A stretch of DNA of 64,000 nt, from NCBI RefSeq assembly GCF_009914755.1, contig NC_060932.1, one strand, 5' to 3'. The notes under the pieces are model-generated. The model worked only from the letters and a program-made list of their open reading frames with translations. It ran no database searches and was not told where the DNA came from. Shown here one piece after another: positions 14,961 to 26,999 of this stretch. The stretch comes from the human T2T-CHM13v2.0 reference genome, Homo sapiens. The translations under genes and the position numbers were made by a program. Within the stretch, counting starts at the first letter, position 1. Each line of letters begins with the position of its first letter.

Positions 14961-15574
14961 AATTCAGATTCCCACTCTGTGGACATAACTCTCTGGAAGA
15001 ATGTTAGACATTTGTGAATGTTTCATTCATTTTTAGCCTACGAGCGTACTCGTGGGTGCTTTGAAGCAGTAATTTCCCTACAGTAATCTTGAGTGCAGAG
15101 GCTATCAGACTGTGCAGAAATTAAGCCGGGCTGTAGGAATTACTCAAAATGGTCTAGGACCTGGGATACTAAAACTTGTAGCTCTAGAAATGCAATTTTG
15201 ACCATTTACCCACAGGTAGTTAGGCTCTGGGGAACAGAGAGATGCTCAGCTGACTTACAAACCATAAATATAAATTTGTTTATGTACTGAAAGTGGGAAT
15301 TCATGTGTGAATGCACTCTGTAAAACATGTGGAATTACAAGCATGGGAATTACATTGGGAACAGTAAAGATAATGATAATTATAAACATCATTATTCCTC
15401 ATGGTTAGGTCCGTGCAGACATCCCAGTATTGTCTAAGGCATTTCCATTAATATTATAGCCTGATTAGATATCCATATCTTCTTCGGGGATGTTGAGGTT
15501 CAAATAACCAGCTTCTGGAAACGACCCTCTTGGGAATACTGAAGGAATTTAACCAATCCTTGCTGTACACAAAA

Positions 15575-15760
15575 TGATGCAGTAGACTACATTGTGATTT
15601 AAGACTCCTGAGACATGGGTTATAGTCTCAGCTGTGCTATTGGGGGCTTATGTAACCCTGGGAAAGTTAAGAGATTATTCTGAGCTTCAACTTTCTCACC
15701 TCTAAAATGCAGAAGTTGATCTTGGCAACTTCCAAAGTTGTTTCCAATGCTCACAGTCTC
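15575..15760 (+). mobile_element. MIR3/MIRc
   Basis: GACATGGGTTATAGTCTCAGCT...GTAACCCTGGGAAAGTT...CTTCAACTTTCTCACCTCTAAAATG. Confidence 0.7.
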
Positions 15761-16073
15761 AGCCTCAAGGGGTTTTCCTTTCCTAGACACTGTAAGCCTT
15801 TCTAGTGTCTCCCCATATTTTATTAATACTTGTCACAGTATTACCAGTCATTTAATCATATTTTTATGATATACCGCATTTTAAGTCCACTGTTTTAGCC
15901 AAGATTTTCTAGAAAGTAGAACCTGAGGCGCAGATTGAAATGCTGACAGTCTATTTGAAAGGCTGAAGGCAAGGGAAGTGGAGGTGAGGGAGAGGGGGCA
16001 ATGGGGATGGAAAGCCGTCCAGAGAGAACACTTTGCTGCACCAGCCAGGAATGCATGCTCTGCTGTAAATAGA

Positions 16074-16088
16074 GACAGCAGGGGGCTG
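16074..16088 (+). promoter_or_regulatory. CTCF-like motif
   Basis: GACAGCAGGGGGCTG versus core GCCASCAGGGGGCRS, 2 mismatches; motif match only. Confidence 0.35.
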
Positions 16089-16229
16089 AGTAGTCTTGGT
16101 TGCACAACATATGGAACATGTTAAGGAAGATGTGTAAGGAGAAACTATGCCTTGGAGCCATCTCCAGAGGGGGTTTATGAGTCTGCCTGGCACTGGTTGA
16201 GCTTCCCCACTATGGACGCTGGCCCCCCT

Positions 16230-18300
16230 GCACTTCTTTCCTGAGTGGGGGAGAAAGTCACAGTCAAGTAATGGGCTCTTCTCTCCCTGAACCTCATGTC
16301 TAGTTGTTATCTCCTGTAAGGCTTCAGCTCACAAATTAGTGACCAAGCCTCAGGCCCCACTAATGTGGTTGGCTTGAAGACGTAAGGGACATTCATCTTC
16401 TCTCCCCTTTATTACCCATGTCAGGCTTCCCTTACCCTCACTTTGGCCTGTCTGGTTCATTGCCTGGTGAGAAGACCCAGACCAGGATTGATGAAGGTCT
16501 AAACACTTGGGTTATCTCCTTTTGCTGTCTTTTAATTGCTATATTTTTCCCGAAACAGTTACTGCCGAGCCATGGAGGTGCGAAGAGGCTTCCATGCCAT
16601 CCTTTCCCCTGCCAGCCTCCTCGATGCTGGCCACCCGGCCTCTTCACGGTCATTAGGGTCAACATTCCAGCCAGTGGAGCAACTGCCTTTTCACTCACGG
16701 ATCCTTTGCCGTGAGGATCTAAAGGTGGCCAGGAGGTAGATGTAGCTTCCACTTTAGTGGGACTCACACTGTATTCTGTGGCATGTGTCTTCCCCTCTCC
16801 TGGGAACACTAATCAGCAGAATGCTAGATTAGGGCATCAAGAAGAGCCAATACTGAAAATGGGTCATTGGGTGTGATAAGAAAAAGATGACTTCCACTCC
16901 ACACATTGGCACAGGGAGCCACTTGGATCCAGTGCGACATCAGTTGGGGCCAAAATTATTTCCCTTCCTTCACCTGGCTTCTCTGAGCTCCTAGACTCAC
17001 CTGTGGTAGATGGTGGTGTTTTAGGTCTTCAATTATCAGTATCAGCTCAGACCCTATTTGAAACCAAACCTTGAGAGGTGTGGATCATTCACTTTGCCCG
17101 TTGAAGAGATAGCCTGGAGAATACCTGTGTCTCTCTTTAGAGAAGGATCAGAAGAATGTTTATGGGTTTGCACAGTCCTTCCTCAAGGAGCAACTTTGCA
17201 TGGCAGTGGTTTCTGTGCATTAGCTTTCTATACAGATTAAGAGAATCATGTGGCCCCTTAGTCAGCTGTTTGCTCATCTGTCTGATTCCTAGGAAAATCA
17301 TGGTCTATGATTCATTGCCACAAATAGACACTCAGATTTCCACTCTAGTCTTGCTGCTATTGCCGTAGTTACACTGACTTTGCTTCTGAAGGTAGAGGAT
17401 TGTCCTGACCTCTGCTTTTCTGTAACCCTGTGATCTCCAGTGACCATGGGGTCTCACTCTGATGGCCATAGCTCTGCGAGTTCTGGCTGGCAGAGGACAA
17501 TCAGTAAATTGTTAGGATGATGCTGGAGCTGTCCCTCATGGGTGCATCCTCATCCTCATCCTCTGGGATGCACACTATACATGCACTCTAGCTTTCCTGC
17601 CTCCAGCCTTCTGGCCCCTCCTTCACCAATATACTATGAAAATTCTGTCAGGTGTACTTCTATTATCGGCCACCATTAAATCACACTTTAGGATGCTCCC
17701 TGACATACTTAGGGCCAACTCCAGGGATTCCTGACATCCCATTAAATCCGAAATCATGGGTGAGTCTGCCCTCGTTGAACATCCTCTTCTGCTTAGTCTT
17801 CCATTTTGCTCACTTCTGTGTATCTCCCCCCAGTTTATATCCAAATCCATATTAACCACGTATATTTATCCTGTTGCCATGAAAGCAGTTTCTTCCTGAA
17901 ATAAGGCTGTACTCCCCTGACTCAGGTTTTTGTCCTGGGGCTAAAAAGCTTTGTTGGGGATGAGGTTTGAGGTGAGCAAGAAAGCAATTATGATGCACCT
18001 GCTTGAGGTGAGATTCTCGCATGCACATGGTCTCCAAACCATGGGAGCCTTTCTTCTTTGTGCAGTGGGAAGGGCTGTTTCTGCCAGCCAGGAGGGCTCA
18101 GTGGCACTTGGGGGTTGAATTGCCAAAATTTCTCAACCTTAAATTTCATGCTTCCCCTCCCACATCCCCCAGTGCTGACTTGGTATGTAAGAGCTGCCTA
18201 GGAGTGCATTCACCTCTCTTGTGTCTCAACCAACTTTTCAATCAGGTCCTCATCTTGGTCCTCTGCACACTTTCATCTGGCACTCAGAGGCATGAAACCC
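16230..18300 (-). mobile_element. ERVL-class endogenous retrovirus internal remnant (ERV3-16A3_I / ERVL-E-like): gag joined to dUTPase region, pol largely absent
   Basis: The minus strand of 16719-16763 translates VPLKWKLHLPPGHL*, followed by KAVAPLAG, similar to HERV-L dUTPase (recalled as IPLNWKLRLPPGHFG...KGVTVLAG). The reverse of 17100-18000 resembles ERVL gag DNA (CTCACCCATGATTTCGGATTTAATG; TGTCCTCTGCCAGCCAG; TTCCTAGGAAT...CTTAATCTGTATA). Confidence 0.7.
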
Positions 18301-19044
18301 TCATTTAAGATGCCACAGAGACCTCCAACTGTATGTGAAATCTTAGCATCTAATCTGAACCCTTTATTTAGGAGATGAGGGTATAATGAGACGTAGCACT
18401 TCTGACTGTCCGAAAAGTACACAGAGTTTCTCTTAAGAAATCCTTCCTTTACTTAATGTTTAAAGAGTAAATGTGCCAGCAATTTTCCCTAAGTAGCAAA
18501 TAACTAGCAAGTTCTGTGGGAAATTAAAAAAAATAATAATAATAAAAGCAAGAAAATTTTGCTTGTCTTTATAGTCTGTAAAGTGTCTTATACCTAAGTA
18601 CCTCACTAAATATTAATTACTAAATAATAATGACATGAAGTATGGGGATTTTAGCAGTAGAGTAAAAGATGATGACCATCTAGACAACACAAACTGAAAT
18701 CGCAAGGATAAAACCACACCTCATGTGCTGTCTCCAATCACCTTTCCCTGTGGTAATATGCTCAGTACTGAGACGGATGATTTTTAAGAAGACAACATCC
18801 GATAATGCTGTTCTCTTTCCGCGGAGATATCCATACATTCCCTCTAGATAAAAATTTATCTCAGCCAATGGAGTCGACCAATATGAATATTGATGAGAAA
18901 GAAAATGATACAAAAACACTACGGTTCTAGAAAGTGAAAAAGCAATCTGTTTTCAGAAGTTGGTTTTGAGGCCCTAAATTTGTATGTTGAGGATCTATGT
19001 GTGTGTGTAAAATAGGATAGGATAAAGATTTAGAGAGAAGGAAA

Positions 19045-19067
19045 GATAGATGATAGATGGATAGATG

Positions 19068-19114
<47 letters not shown>
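19045..19114. repeat. Compound GATA tetranucleotide STR: GATAGAT(GATAGATG)2(GATA)11GAT
   Basis: Counted directly from the sequence. Confidence 0.95.
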
Positions 19115-22047
19115 TAGACATAATGGCTACAACATTATTCTCATCAACTCACAAAATATTTGAATTGGAAGTAATCTTCCAATTATCTAGATGTCCTCTA
19201 GATAAATCTCTTAATGAAGTTTGAAGTGAGATTCAGAGAAGTAGCTTGATAATTAGGAACAGATATACAATGACTATTTAGTTTTCTACACTTGAAGACA
19301 ATTGCTTTAATTTTTTCCGAGTGTGAAAAATACTCACTAATAAATGAATAATAATAAATAAACTAATTAATTGATATGTGAATAAAAAGTCTTAGTTTAA
19401 TAAAAAGTAGGGGCTAAATATGCACGTGTTTTATAACTTCTTTATTTGGCTCCTTTCGTTCCACTATTTAGCTTGTAGAAACTGTCTACCTAAAAGTTGA
19501 AATACTCAATTCCCCCACATGTGTTCTGAGAGACTGAGCTCGTTTGACTGCTGATTCCTTGGTGTTCCAAGGTTTCCTGGAAAAAGATGAACAGGTAATT
19601 TAGTTGAAGACCAGGCATCTATTTTGGTTCTTCTTTTCAGATGCCCCATGTTGTATTCCAGCTCAGTGATGGTATCCTGTGGACTGAAAGTGAAAAGTCT
19701 ATTATTAAAGCTTACAAACTTTACACTCAAACAGTATAGTTTTATAGCAAAGATCAATGATCACAAAATATAAAGGACATGGCAATGTACTCTGGAGAAT
19801 TATATCACTTGAAACTGTAACTGTTTAGGAAAAAAAGTGCCAGGATAGCCACAAAGTGATGGGAAGGAGAATATATTACAGAGTCAGGCTGTCATAGCTA
19901 GGACAGCTGTCTGTCTCTCTTGGCTCTGAGTCTGGTCCTTCAAGGCTAGAAGGGCCACACTGCAAATTTCTTCTTTTGATGACTAAGATAATGTCTATAC
20001 TGTATGTTTTTTAAATGTCCCTATTTACATGGATTTTAACTTAGGGTTTTTCTGGGTTTTTGTTTGTTTCTTTGTTTGTTTGGCAAAGCCCCACCTCTCC
20101 ATTGCAGCCAATCATTCCTTTTAAAACATATTCACACACACATGCATGCACAGGAATTAATAATAAACTAAATTATGCATTTCCTTGTGAAGCTTTGAAA
20201 AACAGTTGCCAAAGTGTTCCTGAAGTCAGAGTCATACTGGAAGATTCTATGAGAGAGCCCGTTAGAACCCAGGTCGTTGTTGGGAGAATTGACAGAAAGT
20301 GCTCTCAGGAAAAACAAAGACCTTGAAATTTTCAGTGCTATCAACCATTCATTTGCCCCACACTTTTGATTTCCCCTTTACGAGTACCATCCATGCAGCT
20401 GAATACTTTTCAGTTAGCCATTCTGGCTCACCCGTAGCACATGGCAGCCATTCACAGAGGTACCACAGCACTCACAGTCCCTTGTATGCCCTGTATTTGT
20501 CCCAATGGAAGGTCCTTCCTCTGCAGCACAGGCTCTCCAGCGCTGGCCTCCTTAGCTATGTCGCTCCCTGTTGCCTGTTTCCCTTTTCGAGACCCTGTTC
20601 ACAGCATGTGCTTTGGGCCATTGTCCATCAAAGAGAGAAACAATGTGAGTCCCAGAGATCTCATCGCAGGAGGAAAAGATCAACTCCGTGGCTGTCTTTG
20701 TGGTGCCCAGCAAGAAATGATGCCTGTAAATGTGACTGTGCTTTTCTGGGGCAGTTTCCTGAAAAGGTGCAGGTGGAATGGTGGGCAGAAGTCACTCACA
20801 TTTTAAGCCTTGGTCCGAGGCATTTTGAAGGCTAAGGCCATCATTTTAGCTCAAAAGAGGTTTCACGAAATGCGTAAAAATAGGGAATGAGGAAAGTGTG
20901 ACGAGCTGGTTATCTACTCTGGAGTTCTCTTGTCAATGTCAGCAAGAGGAGCCAATGCAGTCACAGGAGGACTCATATAACCGGCCGCCCCGGCTCACAG
21001 GTAGGCTCCATTGTGCCTGCTCTTCAATCGGCCAGACGGACGTGGCTGCTTGTACACCCAGGTAGTCTAGGTCACTCCCTTGAGTCCTACCATACAATGA
21101 AGGCCTCCGCCATCAAACCAACTGCACTAGATTACAGCGAGTGGGAGAATCTGGAAGGATTTGTCTTACTCAACGTGGTGTGTTTACTGTGAGCAGGGTA
21201 CATGCCATTTGTCCACAATGGCCACAGCTCTCAGAGGCATGGCATTGAGACAGCGAGGACTCAGTAGGAGGGAGGGCAGGAGCAGGGTTCATATCATCTG
21301 TCCACACATTAGGTTAATGAATAAAATAATGAACGATAGAGTGGGGACGTCTTTATTCTCTGACCATGCAACCTGCCTTGTATCAGAGAGCATCATAGCC
21401 CCTGGGACCGGCACCGACCACTTCTCTGTTGACTGTGGTTTCTGTTTATAGTGGTCCCACATCCACTTTTCCTGTCAGCCTCAATAACACCACGTCTGTG
21501 TATCATTTATTTGTTGCAAGCTTCTTAAAATTATTAAAGGCATGTTACTTATTTAATCAAACTATATAAATAAAATTGTGAGAAAGAGAAAATGATGGCA
21601 GTAGCTGTTTTTAAAAATGAATCTTGGTTAATATTGTATACAATTATATACAATTCTATGAAAATTGTGTCTTCTATATAGGTATATCAAATATGTATTT
21701 AAAGTTGTTCTATATATAATTTAAAAGATTTTATCTGGTCTTTACGAGCATCTTAGCATTATTGTTTTCATGCTCACCTTGAAATCCACCACAGAAGGCT
21801 CACCTCCACGGAGGGCACTCTGTTCGTTTCCTCTGACAAGGTTTTCACTGCTCCTCATGGTTATAGTTAGTTCTTATGAGTTCATTATATGATAAGCTGT
21901 TTGAAACTGATGAATCAATATCCTAGTGCTCCTAGGAAGTATTTGTCTTCAAATGACGGTATATTTATTCTTTAGTTTAAGAAACAGCTTTGAGATACAA
22001 GATTCCCACATAATAGATGGACAATTACCGAGGAATTTTTTCAGTAG

Positions 22048-22486
<439 letters not shown>

Positions 22487-22549
22487 TAAAGCTATGCTAC
22501 CTAATATGATTTTGTGTTTCACACTGAGGTACTGAATTTATTTAAAATG

Positions 22550-22837
22550 TTCTATATGTTTATACGATACACATATATATAACATATGTGTATCGTGTGT
22601 ATATGTGTGTATATATATATGGATGTGCACACATGTGTATATATGTATATACATACACGTGTATGTGTATGTATATACATACATGTATGTGTATGTATAT
22701 ACATACATGTATGTGTATGTATATATGGGTCTGTATGTATATGTACACATATACATATATATGAACTTATTTAAATTGTTTTGTATATAGGATACACATA
22801 TATAAAACATTTTATCATATGTGTACACATATGATAA
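22550..22837. repeat. (TA/TG/CA)n alternating purine-pyrimidine low-complexity array with ~24-bp units
   Basis: Unit GTATGTGTATGTATATACATACAT repeats about 3 times inside a TA/TG tract. Confidence 0.9.
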
Positions 22838-23119
22838 CCCACATTAGGCTACCAGATTCAACACAGGTAGCCTAATTCCAGGGTCTGCACTTTTAAACAG
22901 ATCCTGTGCTCCTCTGCCTCTTTTGTGCTTTGGGTGCCCCACGGAGAGAGCAAATGAAAGGCCTTTTCACTCTTTTTTGGACCTTGCTAGGACACGCAAA
23001 GTTCAATAATCTCAGATTCTGAAAGAACTTTATAAATCTATCCATGGGGATAAAGACTTACTGAAAGATAAGCTTTTATTTAAAAATCATAATTACTGAT
23101 ATTGTGTTTCTTATTAGTA

Positions 23120-23413
23120 TTTTTTTTTTTTTTTTGAGATAGAGTCTTGCTCTGTTTGTCAGGCTGGAGTGCAATGGCACGATCTCCACTGACTGCAACA
23201 TTTGCCTCCTGGGTTCAAGCAATTCCTCTGCCTCAGCCTCCCGAGTCTCAGACTACAGGTGCCTGCCACCACACCAGGCTAATTTTTTGTATTTTAGTAG
23301 ACACGGTGTTTCACCATGTGGGCCAGGATGTTCTCGATCTTCTGACCTCATGATCCACCCGCCTCAGTCTCCCAAAGTGTTGGGATTACAGGCATGAGCC
23401 ACCGTGCCTAGCC
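23120..23413 (-). mobile_element. AluS (Sc-like)
   Basis: Reverse Alu with CAGGATGTTCTCGATCT and a poly-T tail. Confidence 0.95.
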
Positions 23414-23959
23414 TATTGTTTGTGTTTTAAAAGGCACATAGAAGGTACAAACAAATGAAACCTATAAGCAGCAATTAAGTTTCATGGAAGTATTTTCCTC
23501 TCTAAAGTCGTAAAATCAAACAATGTGTGGAGCAACCAATTCTTTATGTGTTGAGCCAATCCTCTTCTTTGGACTTTGTTTAGAGGACTCATCAGGATCT
23601 TGTGCGCAATCACATCACCTAAGCAGCAGGAGACATCCAGCAGTCCAAGGGAGAGAAAGCCCCAGGTTAGCCAAGGATTTGGAAATAATCCTCAGGCACT
23701 TCCCTGGGGTTCTGTCTTTCTGGGTTATTTGAAATGTCCTATTGTTTTCTCATCAATCATGTACAGCATCCAAAATACCCTGATTCATAGATTTCCTGCC
23801 CTATATTTGAATGCCAGCTATTTTTCAACGCACTTTGAAAGAATATAATCTACTTTAACAAAATTCTATTTGAAAGGTTTTAGCAGAGCTAAAATCTCTT
23901 AACCAATAGCCTCCAATCGTACATTAGAAAAAAAAAGAAAGTCCATACCACAAAATAGA

Positions 23960-24185
23960 CCCAGGCTCTACTCTAGGCACTTTGTAGATTTTAACTAATT
24001 TAATCCTTATACAAGTCTTCTTGGGAGGGCACTATTACCCACATCTCACAGATGAGAAAACTGTAGGACTTAGAGAGTTTCACAAGCTTTGCCCAAGGTT
24101 GGCACAGCTGATAAGTGGTAGCCAGGTGCAACCCAGGTAGCCTAATTTCAGGGTCTGCACTTTTAAACAGATCCTGTGCTACTCT
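23960..24185 (-). mobile_element. MIR/MIRb
   Basis: TTTAATCCTTAT...ACAGATGAGAAAACTG...TTGCCCAAGGT...CAGCTGATAAGTGG...AACCCAGGTAGCCT. Confidence 0.8.
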
Positions 24186-24452
24186 GCCTCTTCTGTGCCT
24201 TGGGTGCCTCACAGAACAAATGAAAGGTCTTTTCTGTAAGAATGAATATTCCAGTATTCTAGGAAATTACAGCACCCCAAATGGCAACATCACTAGCAAG
24301 CATAGCAAAGCAGGAAGTGACCACAGATAAGTATGGCTGAGATTCTGAAGGCATAAACCAAATGTAAGAGTTGATTCAGCCCTTGGCTATGGGGTTCAAT
24401 ATCTCTAAATAGCATGGTTTGACTCACCTGTTTTTGAGCCTGTGCCCCAAGG

Positions 24453-24811
24453 TGATGTTTGGCTGTGTCTCCACCCAATATTTCATCTTGAATTGCCTTC
24501 CTCATAATTCCCACATGTCAAGGGAGAGACCAGGTGGAAGTAATTGAATCATGGAGGTGGTTTCCTGGCAAGTTTCTAGTGAGTGAGTTCTCGCGAGATC
24601 TGATGATTGTATAAGAGGCTCTTCCCCCTTCACTGGGCGCTTTCCTTTCCTGTTCCTTGTGAGGAAGGTGTCTTGCTTCCTTTTCTGCCGTGACTGCTTT
24701 TCTTGAGGCCTCCCCAGCCATGTTGAACTGTGAGTCCATTAAACCTCTTTCCTTCATAAATTACCTAGTTGCGGGCAGTTCTTCATAGCAGTATCAAAAT
24801 GGACTGATATA
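24453..24811 (+). mobile_element. THE1 (THE1D-like) MaLR solo LTR
   Basis: Starts TGATGTTTGGCTGTGTCTCCACCC; contains GAGGCCTCCCCAGCCATG and ATAAATTACC; ends AAATGGACTGATATAC. Confidence 0.9.
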
Positions 24812-24864
24812 CAAAATAGACTGATATACTTGCTGAGCTTAAAAGCAGTGCAAGTGATTAAGTC

Positions 24865-24975
24865 TTGCACCCTGGAAATTTTGATTCTGTAAACTCAGGG
24901 TAGACTTGGGAATCTGCATTTAAACAAACAAAAAATTCTCTGGGTAGATAAAAGACTCCAGTTTGGAAACCACTG
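24865..24975. mobile_element. MER5-family fragment
   Basis: TTGATTCTGTAAAC...GGGAATCTGCATTTAAAC...GTTTGGAAACCACTG terminus. Confidence 0.6.
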
Positions 24976-24991
24976 AACTGGCTAATTTAGT

Positions 24992-25342
24992 CTTTCTCAA
25001 ATTCTGATCTTCAGAGAGCAGTTCACCTGGAGCTTGTTAGAAATTCAAATCGTCAGTCCCCTCCCTGGATTTACTGAATCAGGAACTCAGTTTGATAGAC
25101 CCTGCAGGTGAGTTGTGGCAGGTGTGTTGAGCAAGTCCTCTTCTTTGAATTTTGTTTACAGAGGACTCGTCAGGACCTTGTGGGCAATCACATCACCTGA
25201 GCAGCAGGAGACATCCAGCAGTCCAAGGGAGAGAAAGCCCCAGGTTAGTCAAGAATTTGGAAATAATCGTCAGGCATTTCCCTGGGGATCTGTCTTTCTG
25301 GGTTATTTGAAATGTCCTATTGTTAAAGTTTGAGAACCATTG
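24992..25342. mobile_element. MER5A/MER5A1 interrupted by a ~200-bp locally copied insert (25123-25324)
   Basis: TTCTCAAA...CACCTGGAGCTTGTTAGAAAT...TACTGAATCAG...CAGGTGA, then the insert, then the terminus AAAGTTTGAGAACCATTG. Confidence 0.8.
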
Positions 25343-26354
25343 CCCTAACTTGAAAACAAATCCTCGGGTCACAGTGCATTAGCCTAGACATCAACTCTCT
25401 AAAGAATAATATCAGTGCTCAATGTTCGATGTGACTTTGTTTTACAGCTCCTTCTGAAATTCTTTTAAAATCATGCTTCAGTATGTTTTCCCTTTGTACA
25501 AAAAGGAAACCATGTTGCATCTGACATTCTCCAGAGTAATAGTTAAGACAAAAGAAGTCTTTGATAGTGTGGAAAACCCAGTAGAGTCGTTTTTTAATCC
25601 TGCTTGAATTCAGTAATTTTTAGAAGTTATACTTTTAGTTAAAAAAATAAGTTTCCCTATTTATGATTCAAATGAAACAATACTCGAAGAATAAGGCACC
25701 ATTACTTTTCTCTGAGCCAAGATAGTACAAAACCTTCACAGGTGCTAATTAATCTCCTTACTGTTTCTGGGAAGTAGAAGTGAAGAATACTGCCCTCGTT
25801 GGATGTGAGAGGAAATGGAGGGACATGAACAGTTGTCATCTAATTTGTATTCACTTCCCAACAATTCGATACTCGTGTTCTTTCCATTTTTAGTCGACTC
25901 TATAGTAACAGAGAGTTGACTTTTAGTGACTAATTTCTTATTTTTAGTAGCATTAATTTGTAATTTACCACTGGACACATCTTAGGTATGTTATTTTGGC
26001 TTACAGTTTATAACAGCCTGTATCGAAGATTTATACATTATTTTGAGCCATAATAAATTAAAATAACTAAAATACTTCCCTGAAAAGAGATTCACCAATT
26101 GACAATAATCTTTAATCACTTGACACATATTTATAGAACATGCTCCAAAGCAAGTCAACCTTCTTTCGATCACCCAGCCAAAAATTCCAAATGCCAATAT
26201 TCTAATTTTCAGATATATGAAGTTATTTTTCTAAATATCTCACTGTTGTTTTTCACAGTATTAATATAGAATAGTATTAACATGTGCTGCCCAGGGCACA
26301 ATGGAGATTCAACACATGGTAATAAATGTACCTGCTACTCTCTGTCCCCAGAAA

Positions 26355-26582
26355 GATACACAAATAGCCAGACAGATCATAAATGATAGACAGGTAGGCA
26401 TATTGATGATACAGATAGGTAACAGATGTTAGGTAGACAGACATATAGATGATAGATAATAGGTAGATAGATGCTATAGAGATAAATAGATTATAGGCAA
26501 GCTTAACATCACGCATTGTTTATTGGGCATACAGAATACTCACAGAAGTATTCTCTGTGTGTGTCTGTGTGTGTGTGTGTAT
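26355..26582. repeat. Degenerate (GATA/GACA/GGTA)n repeat and (TG)n microsatellite (26556-26580)
   Basis: Visible directly. Confidence 0.8.
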
Positions 26583-26819
26583 AAATATTTTAGGTCATTT
26601 GCTAATTAGATATGTATTTTGGGGCCGCAATGTTAAGTCAGCTGACATTGAGTTGGTTGAATTATTTTGGGGGTGTTTAAATCACTCTACCAGTAGGCCG
26701 AGATTCTCTGTACTCGTCCAACAGTGTCCTATGATTGTGAAGAGTCCGTAGGGAGCCTTTCACATGTTTCACTGATTCTGGCTCTTCATCAACAGTGCTA
26801 TCACCAAGGGCCCTCTTCC

Positions 26820-26935
26820 CATTGATTCATGCAACACACGCTTGTTCAACACCCACCATTGACTGGCCACTGTGCTAAATGCTGAGCATTAAAAGATGAA
26901 GAAAGATAATGTTCCAGTTGGTGAGAGCACAGACA
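26820..26935 (-). mobile_element. L2 3' end
   Basis: ATTGATTCATGCAACA...GCCACTGTGCTAAATGCTGAG...AAGATGAA. Confidence 0.6.
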
Positions 26936-26999
26936 TCAAATCTATAGACTGCATTTCCTTGCCACAGTTCATCTGTCACTCCTGACTTTATCCATGTTA

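Noticed and set aside
18679-18931. Cluster of 6-bp palindromes (TCTAGA x3, AGTACT, CCGCGG, GATATC, GTCGAC) suggesting a polylinker or vector
   Set aside because: Sites are spread over 250 bp, not abutting, with no vector sequence; chance or a mildly CpG-retaining element is sufficient.
19045-19114. Identification as a named forensic STR or assignment of the locus to a gene
   Set aside because: The flanks do not match any marker I can recall, and no coding exon is present to anchor a gene name.
20299-20835. Longest ORF in the track (178 aa)
   Set aside because: Non-ATG start, no recognisable domain, Ser/His/Cys-rich random composition; length is compatible with chance.
22852-25324. The two duplications as one large decayed tandem duplication
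   Set aside because: Offsets differ (1270 versus ~1577), the intervening sequences show no similarity after removing Alu and THE1, and donor polarity is opposite.
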